Shown: in pieces, positions 9,176-17,370 of the stretch
Position numbering within the stretch: position 1 is the stretch's first letter
Layout: each line of letters opens with the position of its first letter
Assembly (NCBI GenBank): GCA_026002815.1
Contig: BPGB01000011.1
Location: 2,280-26,279, forward strand
Source: Candidatus Woesearchaeota archaeon
Lineage (GTDB): Archaea; Nanobdellota; Nanobdellia; Woesearchaeales; UBA9642
Direction of reading: 5' to 3'
Length of the DNA: 24,000 nucleotides
Position numbers and translations under genes: made by a program
Notes under the pieces: model-generated
What the model was told of the DNA's origin: nothing
Seen by the model: only the letters and a program-made list of their open reading frames with translations
Databases searched by the model: none

Positions 9176-9179
9176 CATT

Positions 9180-9887
9180 ATGAAAAATGAAGTTTACATA
9201 TACGGTTTAAAGTGTCCTGAAAAGGGTGTTATTAGGTATATCGGCAAAAGCAAAAACCCCAAAGCAAGATACCATACACATTTAAGTCATTCCAAAGCAG
9301 AAAGATATGATAACATTCATCTTTACAGGTGGATTGCTAAACTTTTAAGAAACGAGTTAAAACCTGAATTAATCATATTGGATAGTTGTAGTAACACAGA
9401 TTGGAAGGAGAAAGAGAAAGAATGGATTAATAAATATGGATTAGACAATTTGCTGAATATGAATGAAGGTGGGATTGAACCGCCAGATAATACAGGTTTT
9501 AGATGGTCAGAAGAACAAAAAGCAAATCATTCATCACATAAAAGAAAAGGTAAACCACAATGGACGAATATTCCGCATCCACTTTTAGGCAAAGAACATC
9601 CTGCTAAAGGTCAAAAACGTTCTAAAGAGTTTTGCGAATTAATGAAAAAACAAAGATTAGAAAACAATGGTATGAAAGGTGTAAAACTTTCTAAAGAACG
9701 TATAGAACAGATTAAAGAGGTTAATTCAAAGAGGGTGGCTCTACTTGATGATAACGGAAACATACAAAAAGAATATAATTCTCAATCAGAAGCGGCACAG
9801 GATTTAGGTTTACACCATTCGGCAATAGGGAGAGTTTGTAAAGGAGAATACAAACATACAAAAGGACATAAGTTTAAATGGATATGA
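9180..9887 (+). CDS. GIY-YIG homing endonuclease with NUMOD3-like repeats and a C-terminal NUMOD1/IENR1-type helix-turn-helix
   Basis: 235-aa intact ORF. GIY-YIG motifs are VYIYGL ... IRYIGKS ... KARYHTH ... EKEWI ... LLNMNEGG. The middle region has GKxHxxKGxKxS-type NUMOD3 repeats (LLGKEHPAKGQKRSKE, GMKGVKLSKERIEQIK). The C-terminus YNSQSEAAQDLGLHHSAIGRVCKGEYKHTKGHKFKW is a typical HEG DNA-binding HTH. Confidence 0.85.
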   Translation: MKNEVYIYGLKCPEKGVIRYIGKSKNPKARYHTHLSHSKAERYDNIHLYRWIAKLLRNELKPELIILDSCSNTDWKEKEKEWINKYGLDNLLNMNEGGIEPPDNTGFRWSEEQKANHSSHKRKGKPQWTNIPHPLLGKEHPAKGQKRSKEFCELMKKQRLENNGMKGVKLSKERIEQIKEVNSKRVALLDDNGNIQKEYNSQSEAAQDLGLHHSAIGRVCKGEYKHTKGHKFKWI

Positions 9888-10135
9888 ATAGCCCCAAAAC
9901 TTGTAATGTGTGTGGATGGATAAATCAAGATTTAAATCTTTCGGTTCGTGAATGGACTTGCAAAAATGGACATAAATTAGACCGTGATTTAAATGCAGCA
10001 AAGGTCATTCTGAAAGAAGGATTGAAAATAATATCGGGTGGGACGCTCGATAACACGGATGGAGATGGTGTAAGAAGTAGTAATACTCAACTATCTGCGA
10101 AGTCCGAAGCCCATTTGTCTTTAGCAAATGGGTAG
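9878..10135 (+). pseudogene. tnpB: 3' remnant of tnpB (zinc-ribbon plus last RuvC motif only)
   Basis: Reads ..SPKTCNVCGWINQDLNLSVREWTCKNGHKLDRDLNAAKVILKEG...SAKSEAH..*. The C..CG...L.LS.R.W.C......DRD.NAA pattern is the TnpB/OrfB zinc-ribbon and RuvC-III region. Stops lie immediately upstream in frame, the second Cys pair is incomplete (CKNGH), and about 300 N-terminal codons are missing. Confidence 0.8.
10110..10132 (+). repeat. IS200/IS605 right-end subterminal hairpin
   Basis: CCCATTTG-TCTTTAG-CAAATGGG: an 8-bp stem with a loop identical to the left-end hairpin. It overlaps the last codons of the tnpB remnant, as expected for an IS605-type right end. Confidence 0.7.
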
Positions 10136-10156
10136 TTCACTTAAACCTTAAAAACA

Positions 10157-12589
10157 GTGGGGGGTAAATTAAAATACACAAACAATGGTATAGAAAGAAT
10201 CAGTTCTACCAATAGAAAATTCTTTTATCCATATAAAACAATTCAAAATAATAAAGAAAGCCCTGTTAATTTTACTGGATATCTTAAAGGCTCTTCTACA
10301 GTTTCAAATCCATATAATTTAATTCCTTCACATACCATCACTACTACCAACATGGCAGGTCCTATTCTTGCTAATGGACAACTTTTATTACCAAATACCG
10401 GAGATTATTATTTTGAAAAAATTCCTGTAGTAGAAAAAAGACTATTTCAAAAAGGAGGAACAATAGATACACTCTTTGTATCTAATCCCAAGGACTCAAG
10501 GTTAAAGGCTTATAAAGATAGTTTAATGTTGTATAATGCTAGTAAAGAATATGAAGGTAAATTACCTGTAATATCAGTTGAAGCTGTCAGATATATTATG
10601 AGACCCGGACAACCAAACTCTGAATATTATTATAATAAAGTTGCAACTTTACCAAATAATGATCCTATTGGTTATTATGTAGAAAAACCAACTCCATATA
10701 TTACAAATTATTATCCAAAACATGCAAAACCAAAACAACCAGTAGTTTATAAACCTAACCATTTAGAACTTCAAAAACTTTCCACACTTCCATCCAATCC
10801 AATTTTTAACCCCCCTAACCCTCAACCAAAATCCATAATACCCCCAAGAACTAGTATAAACTGGGAAACTGAAAAGAGCAATAGAAAATACTATACAAAA
10901 AGTTTTGACCCAAAATCTGAAATTGAAAAATTATGGAATCCTGTTATTAAAAGAACCAATGAATTAAGATTAAAACATCCCCCTGCTATTACAAAAAAAT
11001 GTGATTCAAGATATAAATATAATGATTGTCCGGTATTTAAAGAAGAAAGAATAAAAAAATTTAAAAACAAATATCAAAGTGGTGGTTATCAGTGGTCAAC
11101 AGAAGACCCAGAGAATTATCGGCAACCATTAATTATTCCAGATGCAGTTGTGATTCCAACTGATGTATTAAAACCTTCTATAAAGGACTATTCAATAACA
11201 CAGGACTATCCAATAACACATAATGAATATCCTCCTATACAACATCCTGGATATATTAAGCAATTACCAAAAGGAAGTCTTCTTAAAAAATTTCTGTTTG
11301 CTCCTCTTGCAACATCATTAGGAGTAAAAGAAGGAAATATTCCAGATATGTTTCTAAGTTTGCCTGCTCATACTGGAGCTGCAGCAATAGAAACAGCAAA
11401 AAATATATCACATCCAATAAGAACTATAAAAACTCTGGGAAAAGCAGGAATAAATTTTATAACAGACTTATCTGGGGAACAAAATCCTTATCCTGGAAGT
11501 ACTTCTAAAGCTCTTGATATTATACTTGATGCATTAGGTACAGTACCATTATCACCAGGACGTCAACTGACAAGTAAATTAATAGAATTACCAAAAAATG
11601 AATTACGTGAACTTGCTTACACAATTGGGACACAATCAGAACATCCATATCGATCTACAGAACAGATAATAAGAGGTATAAAAGATTATAAAGATAACAT
11701 CAAACGAAGATTACACAATGAACCACCAGAATATTATGATCTTAATTACACAGGTGATTACTCAGGACGTGTGGATCTTTTAAAAGCATATTTAAAACAA
11801 GACTATACAGGTCTTACACCATCAAATCTCCCACTTTCTACATATCAAGAACTAATTCAGGGGAAAACTCCATACATGAAATTTAAATTACCATTATATG
11901 ATGATAGCCCAGCAAATTTATTAGAACTTGAAATAAGGACTCCATCAAAAGACCTTAATATTTTTCAACAGCTTAAAACTATAGAAGAAGAAATTAAAAA
12001 AAAGGGAAGATTTGAAGCAGGTGTGGATGTGGGTCTACTTCCACCAGAAACTAAAGCTTATTTAAGTAACTATCGTGCACCAACATCATTTAACATTGCA
12101 GGACATGAAATATTAATAATACCAGGGGGAAAATTAGGACATAAATTAATATTTACTGACCACTGGGGGTTCATAAATGAAGTTAAAAGACCTGGATTTC
12201 CAAAAGGAAATTATATAAGGAAATGGAGGGTGAACAGTAATGATATAGGTAAACCAATTGTACCTGCCTTTCTGCAGCCAAAATTAATGGGAATGATAGG
12301 AAAACCATTTATACTTCAAAATGAGATAGATTTGGCACTTCCAAAAACTGTAGCTGGTAAAAAAAGACTGGCTCAAGATATTGGTGGATTATCTATGTTA
12401 AGAAGAATAGACAAAAGAATATATGACTCGAAAAAAAGTATGGTGCCAGAAAAGGTATTAGGAGAAACCGAAATGGATGTATTAAATTTAATGGACCAAT
12501 TAAGAGACAAAATTAGTAAAACACACTATAATTTCAAACATGGTGGTAAATATACTCGAATATCACCAAAGAAAAATAAGAAAATATAA
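10157..12589 (+). CDS. Large virion-associated protein of unknown function (Pro-rich segment; recurring aromatic-x-x-GG motif); possible internal/ejected protein
   Basis: 810-aa ORF. The frame opens at 10145, right at the IS right end. Its only early start is GTG 10157, and the first ATG is ~62 codons further in. The Pro-rich tract is KPKQPVVYKPN...NPIFNPPNPQPKSIIPP. The motifs FQKGG, YQSGG and FKHGG recur. No enzymatic motif recognised. Confidence 0.55.
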   Translation: MGGKLKYTNNGIERISSTNRKFFYPYKTIQNNKESPVNFTGYLKGSSTVSNPYNLIPSHTITTTNMAGPILANGQLLLPNTGDYYFEKIPVVEKRLFQKGGTIDTLFVSNPKDSRLKAYKDSLMLYNASKEYEGKLPVISVEAVRYIMRPGQPNSEYYYNKVATLPNNDPIGYYVEKPTPYITNYYPKHAKPKQPVVYKPNHLELQKLSTLPSNPIFNPPNPQPKSIIPPRTSINWETEKSNRKYYTKSFDPKSEIEKLWNPVIKRTNELRLKHPPAITKKCDSRYKYNDCPVFKEERIKKFKNKYQSGGYQWSTEDPENYRQPLIIPDAVVIPTDVLKPSIKDYSITQDYPITHNEYPPIQHPGYIKQLPKGSLLKKFLFAPLATSLGVKEGNIPDMFLSLPAHTGAAAIETAKNISHPIRTIKTLGKAGINFITDLSGEQNPYPGSTSKALDIILDALGTVPLSPGRQLTSKLIELPKNELRELAYTIGTQSEHPYRSTEQIIRGIKDYKDNIKRRLHNEPPEYYDLNYTGDYSGRVDLLKAYLKQDYTGLTPSNLPLSTYQELIQGKTPYMKFKLPLYDDSPANLLELEIRTPSKDLNIFQQLKTIEEEIKKKGRFEAGVDVGLLPPETKAYLSNYRAPTSFNIAGHEILIIPGGKLGHKLIFTDHWGFINEVKRPGFPKGNYIRKWRVNSNDIGKPIVPAFLQPKLMGMIGKPFILQNEIDLALPKTVAGKKRLAQDIGGLSMLRRIDKRIYDSKKSMVPEKVLGETEMDVLNLMDQLRDKISKTHYNFKHGGKYTRISPKKNKKI

Positions 12590-12591
12590 AA

Positions 12592-12777
12592 ATGATAAGA
12601 AAAGATGCTTATTGTTTTCTATGTGACCAAAATAAACCAATCAAAGATTTTCCATATTTACTCCAGGAATTAGTGAAGATAACAGGTAATTATGAAAATA
12701 ATTTAGCATGTAGGAAATGCCTTGGTTACAGAAGAAGAAGTTATAGAAAAAAGAAAAGAAAAGAACCAAAATTTTAA
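12592..12777 (+). CDS. Small zinc-ribbon protein with a highly basic tail
   Basis: 61-aa ORF with CFLC ... CRKC pairs followed by GYRRRSYRKKKRKEPKF. It starts 2 nt after the upstream stop. Confidence 0.5.
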   Translation: MIRKDAYCFLCDQNKPIKDFPYLLQELVKITGNYENNLACRKCLGYRRRSYRKKKRKEPKF

Positions 12778-12816
12778 AAAATTTTAAAAGATACATAATT
12801 TTTATTGTTAATTATA

Positions 12817-12824
12817 TAACTTTG
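12817..12824 (+). promoter_or_regulatory. Possible -7 promoter element (TAacTTTG) ahead of the scaffold/capsid block
   Basis: TAACTTTG matches TAnnTTTG and lies 25 nt upstream of ATG 12849, in one of the few intergenic gaps. No well-spaced -33 element is present, so the call is weak. Confidence 0.25.
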
Positions 12825-12848
12825 TGTTAGAAACATAACTTATTTATT

Positions 12849-13991
12849 ATGGGAAGACTTATACAACCAGTAGATATACCTACCTTTGATGATGACATCG
12901 AAATACCTAAAAATATTGAATCTGAATCAGAGCCAAAAAAGACATTAAAAACAACTATAGAACCAGTTGACACTCCATCATTTGAAGATGAAGAACCAGT
13001 AAAAAAGAAATCAAATTATCTTAAAGAAGAACTAGAAGAACCAGAAGAGCAGGAAAATGAACATGAAGAAATAGAACAGAATGAACTTTCAGAATCTGAT
13101 ATTGAAGAAGTAAAATCTTTGTTTCAGAAAATGCAAGATATGGGGGTTTTTATAGGTTTACCTGAAGATTTTGAATTTGATGGTACACCTGAAAAACTTG
13201 AAGAAGCATTTCAGATTGACCAGGATACAAGATATGCTCTGGTACAAAAAGATTTGTTGTCAAGGATACAGGACCCAATGTTAAGGGAAGCTATTGATTA
13301 TGGTATTAATGGTGGAACACTTGCAGATTTTGATACCTATCTTCAATTACAAAAAGACCTTTTAAATGCGGAAATTGAAATTAAAAATGAAGAACAGGCA
13401 AAGAATCTTATTATTAAAAAATTACAATCACAAGGAATTAAAGATGATAAAATAATTGAACTCTATCTGGAAGATATAGAGGACACCAAAGGTACATTTA
13501 TGGAAGCTGGAAAAGAAGCTGCTGAATATTTTAAAAAGGAAGTTGAAAAAAGAAAAGAAATGCTTGTACAGCAGGCAAAACAGATTGAAGCTGAAGAAAG
13601 AGCTGTTCAAGAAGAATATGAAAAAGCATTCATAAATGCATTAAAGGAATCTAAAATGAGCCAAAAAGCTCAGGATACCATTCTGTCTATGTTTGACCCT
13701 ATAAGGCTTAAAAATGGTGTTTCATATCCAAGGCATGAGCTTATAAGATATCAGATAGAAGAAAATCCTGCACACTATATACAATTTCTGGATTTTTTGG
13801 CAACCTATGATCCTGAAAAAGGTTTTGATATATCTAAGTTCAAATCACAGGGTAAAACAGAACAGACTAAAAAAATTTATGATATTCTTAAACAATCTGA
13901 AACAAAATCAAAAGGAAGAACTGTAAATTATACAGGTAAAAATAATACTGTTTTCAGAAATCCTGTAGACTCTAATATAATAATTAATTAA
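12849..13991 (+). CDS. Scaffolding-like protein (acidic, helical)
   Basis: 380-aa ORF. It is very acidic and E/K-rich with long predicted helices, and lies immediately upstream of a capsid-sized gene. It has a duplicated N-terminal motif: IQPVDIPTFDDD and IEPVDTPSFEDE. Confidence 0.5.
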   Translation: MGRLIQPVDIPTFDDDIEIPKNIESESEPKKTLKTTIEPVDTPSFEDEEPVKKKSNYLKEELEEPEEQENEHEEIEQNELSESDIEEVKSLFQKMQDMGVFIGLPEDFEFDGTPEKLEEAFQIDQDTRYALVQKDLLSRIQDPMLREAIDYGINGGTLADFDTYLQLQKDLLNAEIEIKNEEQAKNLIIKKLQSQGIKDDKIIELYLEDIEDTKGTFMEAGKEAAEYFKKEVEKRKEMLVQQAKQIEAEERAVQEEYEKAFINALKESKMSQKAQDTILSMFDPIRLKNGVSYPRHELIRYQIEENPAHYIQFLDFLATYDPEKGFDISKFKSQGKTEQTKKIYDILKQSETKSKGRTVNYTGKNNTVFRNPVDSNIIIN

Positions 13992-14004
13992 AACTTAAGA
14001 AAAT

Positions 14005-15537
14005 ATGCTTTTTACAATGGGTGGGTTAAAACCCACAACAATTACAGAAGGATGGGGTGGTAATTCAGTTAATTCAACCCACCTTATTAGAACTTATGGA
14101 TTGGATAAACCACATGATTTATCCTACAATGCAACAAATATTGCCCAATTGTTTTCAGCTACAGATAGGTATAAAGACAAACCACTTATTGGTATGACTG
14201 AGGCTAAAGGAAAGAAAATTTATCTTTCCAGTCGTCAGTACACCTGGAAACTTATTGGACATATGAAACAAGCTGCCAGGGTTACTTCTGTTGTAGAAAC
14301 ATCTACAGAACCTGGACGTAATGAACAAACATTTAAAATCCGTTTAGATAAAGGTTGGTTTGATAAACCTGATATTATTCAGGGACAAGCTGCAGGAAAT
14401 AATTTTCCGCTGGAAGTTATATCAAAAACCAGGGTTGGACTTGAATGGGAGTATGAAGTTCAACTTCATGGTTCAGATCCTAATAGGTCATTTCCTGTTG
14501 CTGGTCTTCAGATAAATCAGGAATTTTACAAAGTTGGTACTACTGTAAGGGATGAAAGTAATAATGAGTATGGTACAATGCAATTTAATTCTATCTTTGA
14601 ACTAAGGAACCAGCTTGGTAATGTTGCTGAGAAGATTGAATTTACTGACAAAGCTTTGAGGATTGATAAAAACTCCGGTGAAGTTGTACAGAAATTGAAA
14701 TCATGGAGAGTCCCATTTTTGGATAATAAAGGTAAAAAGTATTATAACTTTATGCCGATGGCTGAAGCTGAAGTTTTTGAAAATATTTATCAGGATATTG
14801 AATGGGCACTTAACTTTGGGCGTAAAGGTCTTAAGATGGATATTGTAAATAATGAAGGTTATGTAAGAACTACTGGCCCTGGTTTCAGACAGCAATCTGA
14901 AGATGGTCATGTTTTGACCCACAATGGAAACCTTACCCTTTCAAGATTGGATGAATTCTTAACTTCTATCTATCGTGGTAGGAAAGATGCAACACCTGCA
15001 AACAGAAAAATTGTTCTTTCAACTGGTGAAATGGGTGCAAAAATGTTCCATGAGATGGTTCTTTCAGATGCAACTTCATTTTTAACTCTTAATGATTCTC
15101 TCTATATTGATGGTAAAGACTTTAGGCACCTTTCTTATGGTGTACAATTTACTCATTACAGGGGGTCAAATGGTCTGGATGTAACAGTAATGCTTGACCC
15201 TTCTAAAGATAATCCAATATATTGTCCACAAACACATCCTGTAATTACTGATGCTTGCATTGACTCATGGAGGATGGATATAATGGATTTTGGCCAGACA
15301 GCACAGAGTTCTGGTGAAACTGGTGATAATATTTCAATGGTATGTGAAAAATTTGCTGATTATTACTTTACTACAGCTGGAAAATGGGACCCAAAGACTG
15401 GAATGCCAATTAATGATGGTTCACATGGAGTATCTGGTGGAGTTTCAGGATATGCAACATATGTAGAAAAATCATTTGGTCTAATGATTCGTGATATTTC
15501 AAGATGTGGTGTAATAAAACTTAATTTTGATAACTAA
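14005..15537 (+). CDS. Major capsid protein candidate (by position after the scaffold-like gene)
   Basis: 510-aa ORF directly after the scaffold-like gene. The size fits large HK97-type capsid proteins. An alternative start is at 14017 (MGGLKP). No diagnostic motif recognised. Confidence 0.45.
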   Translation: MLFTMGGLKPTTITEGWGGNSVNSTHLIRTYGLDKPHDLSYNATNIAQLFSATDRYKDKPLIGMTEAKGKKIYLSSRQYTWKLIGHMKQAARVTSVVETSTEPGRNEQTFKIRLDKGWFDKPDIIQGQAAGNNFPLEVISKTRVGLEWEYEVQLHGSDPNRSFPVAGLQINQEFYKVGTTVRDESNNEYGTMQFNSIFELRNQLGNVAEKIEFTDKALRIDKNSGEVVQKLKSWRVPFLDNKGKKYYNFMPMAEAEVFENIYQDIEWALNFGRKGLKMDIVNNEGYVRTTGPGFRQQSEDGHVLTHNGNLTLSRLDEFLTSIYRGRKDATPANRKIVLSTGEMGAKMFHEMVLSDATSFLTLNDSLYIDGKDFRHLSYGVQFTHYRGSNGLDVTVMLDPSKDNPIYCPQTHPVITDACIDSWRMDIMDFGQTAQSSGETGDNISMVCEKFADYYFTTAGKWDPKTGMPINDGSHGVSGGVSGYATYVEKSFGLMIRDISRCGVIKLNFDN

Positions 15538-15563
15538 GATAAATACTTAATATACACATAAAA

Positions 15564-16631
15564 ATGAAAGTAATATTACAACCAAATCCATATAAGAAAC
15601 CTGTTATTAAATATGATAGGATTACTGATATTAGGAAAGGAAAGGATGGTCTTCTTGAAGAATCCACTATTGAAGAACAGGAACTTACAAGAGCACCTGG
15701 AACAATAGAAGTTCTTTGTGCAAATCCATCAATGTCAAAAGGAGGATTATTGAATACAGGACTTGATAGAATGGTGGAGAATGAATTTGCTGAAGAAAAA
15801 CATTATAGGGATGAACAATTCAGAGCTGTCCTTGAAGGAAAAAAAGAAGCAAAACTCCAACATATTCTTGAATATAAACACGGTAAACCATTTAATTATT
15901 ATACAAATCAGATAGATTATCAAAAGAAATATACTTCAGAAAATCTTCATACTATACCTTTTTTTCAGACTGCAGAATCATTTTTTAAAGTAAAGGATGG
16001 TGCTAATTTTCTTGATACATCTATTCCAAGAGAAGAAATAATTTATTATTATCTTACAGCACCAGGAAGAACTGATGTGTGCACATCTTTTTCTGAACTT
16101 AATGGTAATCACAGATGGTTATTAACTACACAAGAAGAAATTGAAGAAGTTAAATCTTCAAAAAAGAAAGAAAAGAATGCTATTATTGCTAAATTCCAGG
16201 AAATTGAAGATAAAAAAGATGATACACTCCTGAAATTTGCTAAAATACTTAATCTTGCAAGGAGAAATATGTCAAGAGACCAGGCATATACAGCACTTGA
16301 TAATTATCTTAATCAACCAGGGAAAAAAGGTGAACTTGCAAGGGCTGAATTCAATTCAGTGTATAAATTGTGGAATGACAAGACTACAAGAGAAAAGTTC
16401 AATGTAAGAGCACTCATTTGGGATCTTGATTCATACAGAGTAGTATATAGAACTTCAGGTAATTCCAATTATGTATGGCAACCACCAAAAGATGAGAATG
16501 GTATTACTCCAAAACCCATGGAATGGACAAGATACAATGATCTTGTTAAATTCATGTTAGATCCAAAAAATGAACCAGAAGTTTCACTAATGATTAATCA
16601 GTTAGAGATTAAAAAAGGATTTCTTGATTGA
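15564..16631 (+). CDS. Hypothetical structural-module protein
   Basis: 355-aa ORF with an ATG start, in the same operon-like run. No motif recognised. Confidence 0.45.
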   Translation: MKVILQPNPYKKPVIKYDRITDIRKGKDGLLEESTIEEQELTRAPGTIEVLCANPSMSKGGLLNTGLDRMVENEFAEEKHYRDEQFRAVLEGKKEAKLQHILEYKHGKPFNYYTNQIDYQKKYTSENLHTIPFFQTAESFFKVKDGANFLDTSIPREEIIYYYLTAPGRTDVCTSFSELNGNHRWLLTTQEEIEEVKSSKKKEKNAIIAKFQEIEDKKDDTLLKFAKILNLARRNMSRDQAYTALDNYLNQPGKKGELARAEFNSVYKLWNDKTTREKFNVRALIWDLDSYRVVYRTSGNSNYVWQPPKDENGITPKPMEWTRYNDLVKFMLDPKNEPEVSLMINQLEIKKGFLD

Positions 16632-17368
16632 CAATTCAACAATTACACTATGAACTTGAACTGGAGGTCAATAAAATTGATTCAAATGACAGAATTGATT
16701 TACTTCCAGCAGAAAAAGATGCCTATCTCAATAGAGCTATATGGATTTGGTTTAAAAACAGATATGGTTCAGAAAAACCAAAAAGAGGTTTTGAAACAGA
16801 TCAGTTAAGAATTTCAAATTTAGCTTCACTTCATATAAAATCCCCGGAACTCCAACCCCCTCTCACCCCAACCCTTTTATCTAATGGAATATATGAAGTT
16901 AAGTTAAATAATCTGGATTACAATTATTTTGTTCTTACAAGAGCCAGAGCTGATATAATAAAAGATAATTGTACAGAAACACAGGTTCAGGTAAAATTGG
17001 TTGAAACAGATGACATGAATGAAATGAGATTTTTAAAACCATCATTTAAATGGAAAAGAATTAATGCAAGATTTGGAAGATCATCTGATAAAAGTGAAAC
17101 TCAATCATTATATCTTGACACAGGAAATGATTTTATAATTTCAAATGTTTATATAGATTACCTTAAACAACCAAATATAGTATTTATTGGAGGATATGAC
17201 AGAACAGCAATAGGACTTGGAAACTCACAAACTCCTGTACAATGTGATATAGATTCCAGTTTCCATTCTGAGATTGTTTCAATAGCAAGACAAGAAGTAG
17301 AAAGAGATCTTTTAAATCAACTTCCACAATTAACAATTAATAAAAATCAATTAGAATCAATTAATTAA
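16628..17368 (+). CDS. Hypothetical structural-module protein (possible head-tail connector/adaptor by position)
   Basis: 246-aa ORF with a TTG start that overlaps the upstream TGA (cTTGATTGA). There is no in-frame ATG near the 5' end. Confidence 0.4.
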   Translation: MTIQQLHYELELEVNKIDSNDRIDLLPAEKDAYLNRAIWIWFKNRYGSEKPKRGFETDQLRISNLASLHIKSPELQPPLTPTLLSNGIYEVKLNNLDYNYFVLTRARADIIKDNCTETQVQVKLVETDDMNEMRFLKPSFKWKRINARFGRSSDKSETQSLYLDTGNDFIISNVYIDYLKQPNIVFIGGYDRTAIGLGNSQTPVQCDIDSSFHSEIVSIARQEVERDLLNQLPQLTINKNQLESIN

Positions 17369-17370
17369 TT

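Larger units (their letters stand above)
9001..10145 (+). mobile_element. Degenerate IS200/IS605-family element (both hairpin ends retained, tnpA and tnpB reduced to 3' stubs) carrying a GIY-YIG endonuclease gene as its centre; boundaries approximate
   Basis: Matching subterminal hairpins at 9015-9037 and 10110-10132 bracket an outward-facing tnpA 3' remnant (minus strand) and a tnpB 3' remnant (plus strand). This is the divergent IS605-type layout. Exact cleavage sites cannot be fixed from one copy. Confidence 0.7.

Noticed and set aside
9001-9179. Group I intron or IStron interpretation of the structured region between the dam fragment and the endonuclease gene
   Set aside because: The region is explained by an IS left-end hairpin plus a tnpA 3' remnant on the minus strand. 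No dam 3' exon exists downstream in any frame, and I could not see P/Q/R/S-type intron core pairings. This is not formally excluded without a covariance-model scan.
9810-10001. 63-aa minus-strand ORF spanning the endonuclease/tnpB junction
   Set aside because: It crosses a recombination junction antisense to two recognisable coding sequences and has no motif, so it is treated as spurious.
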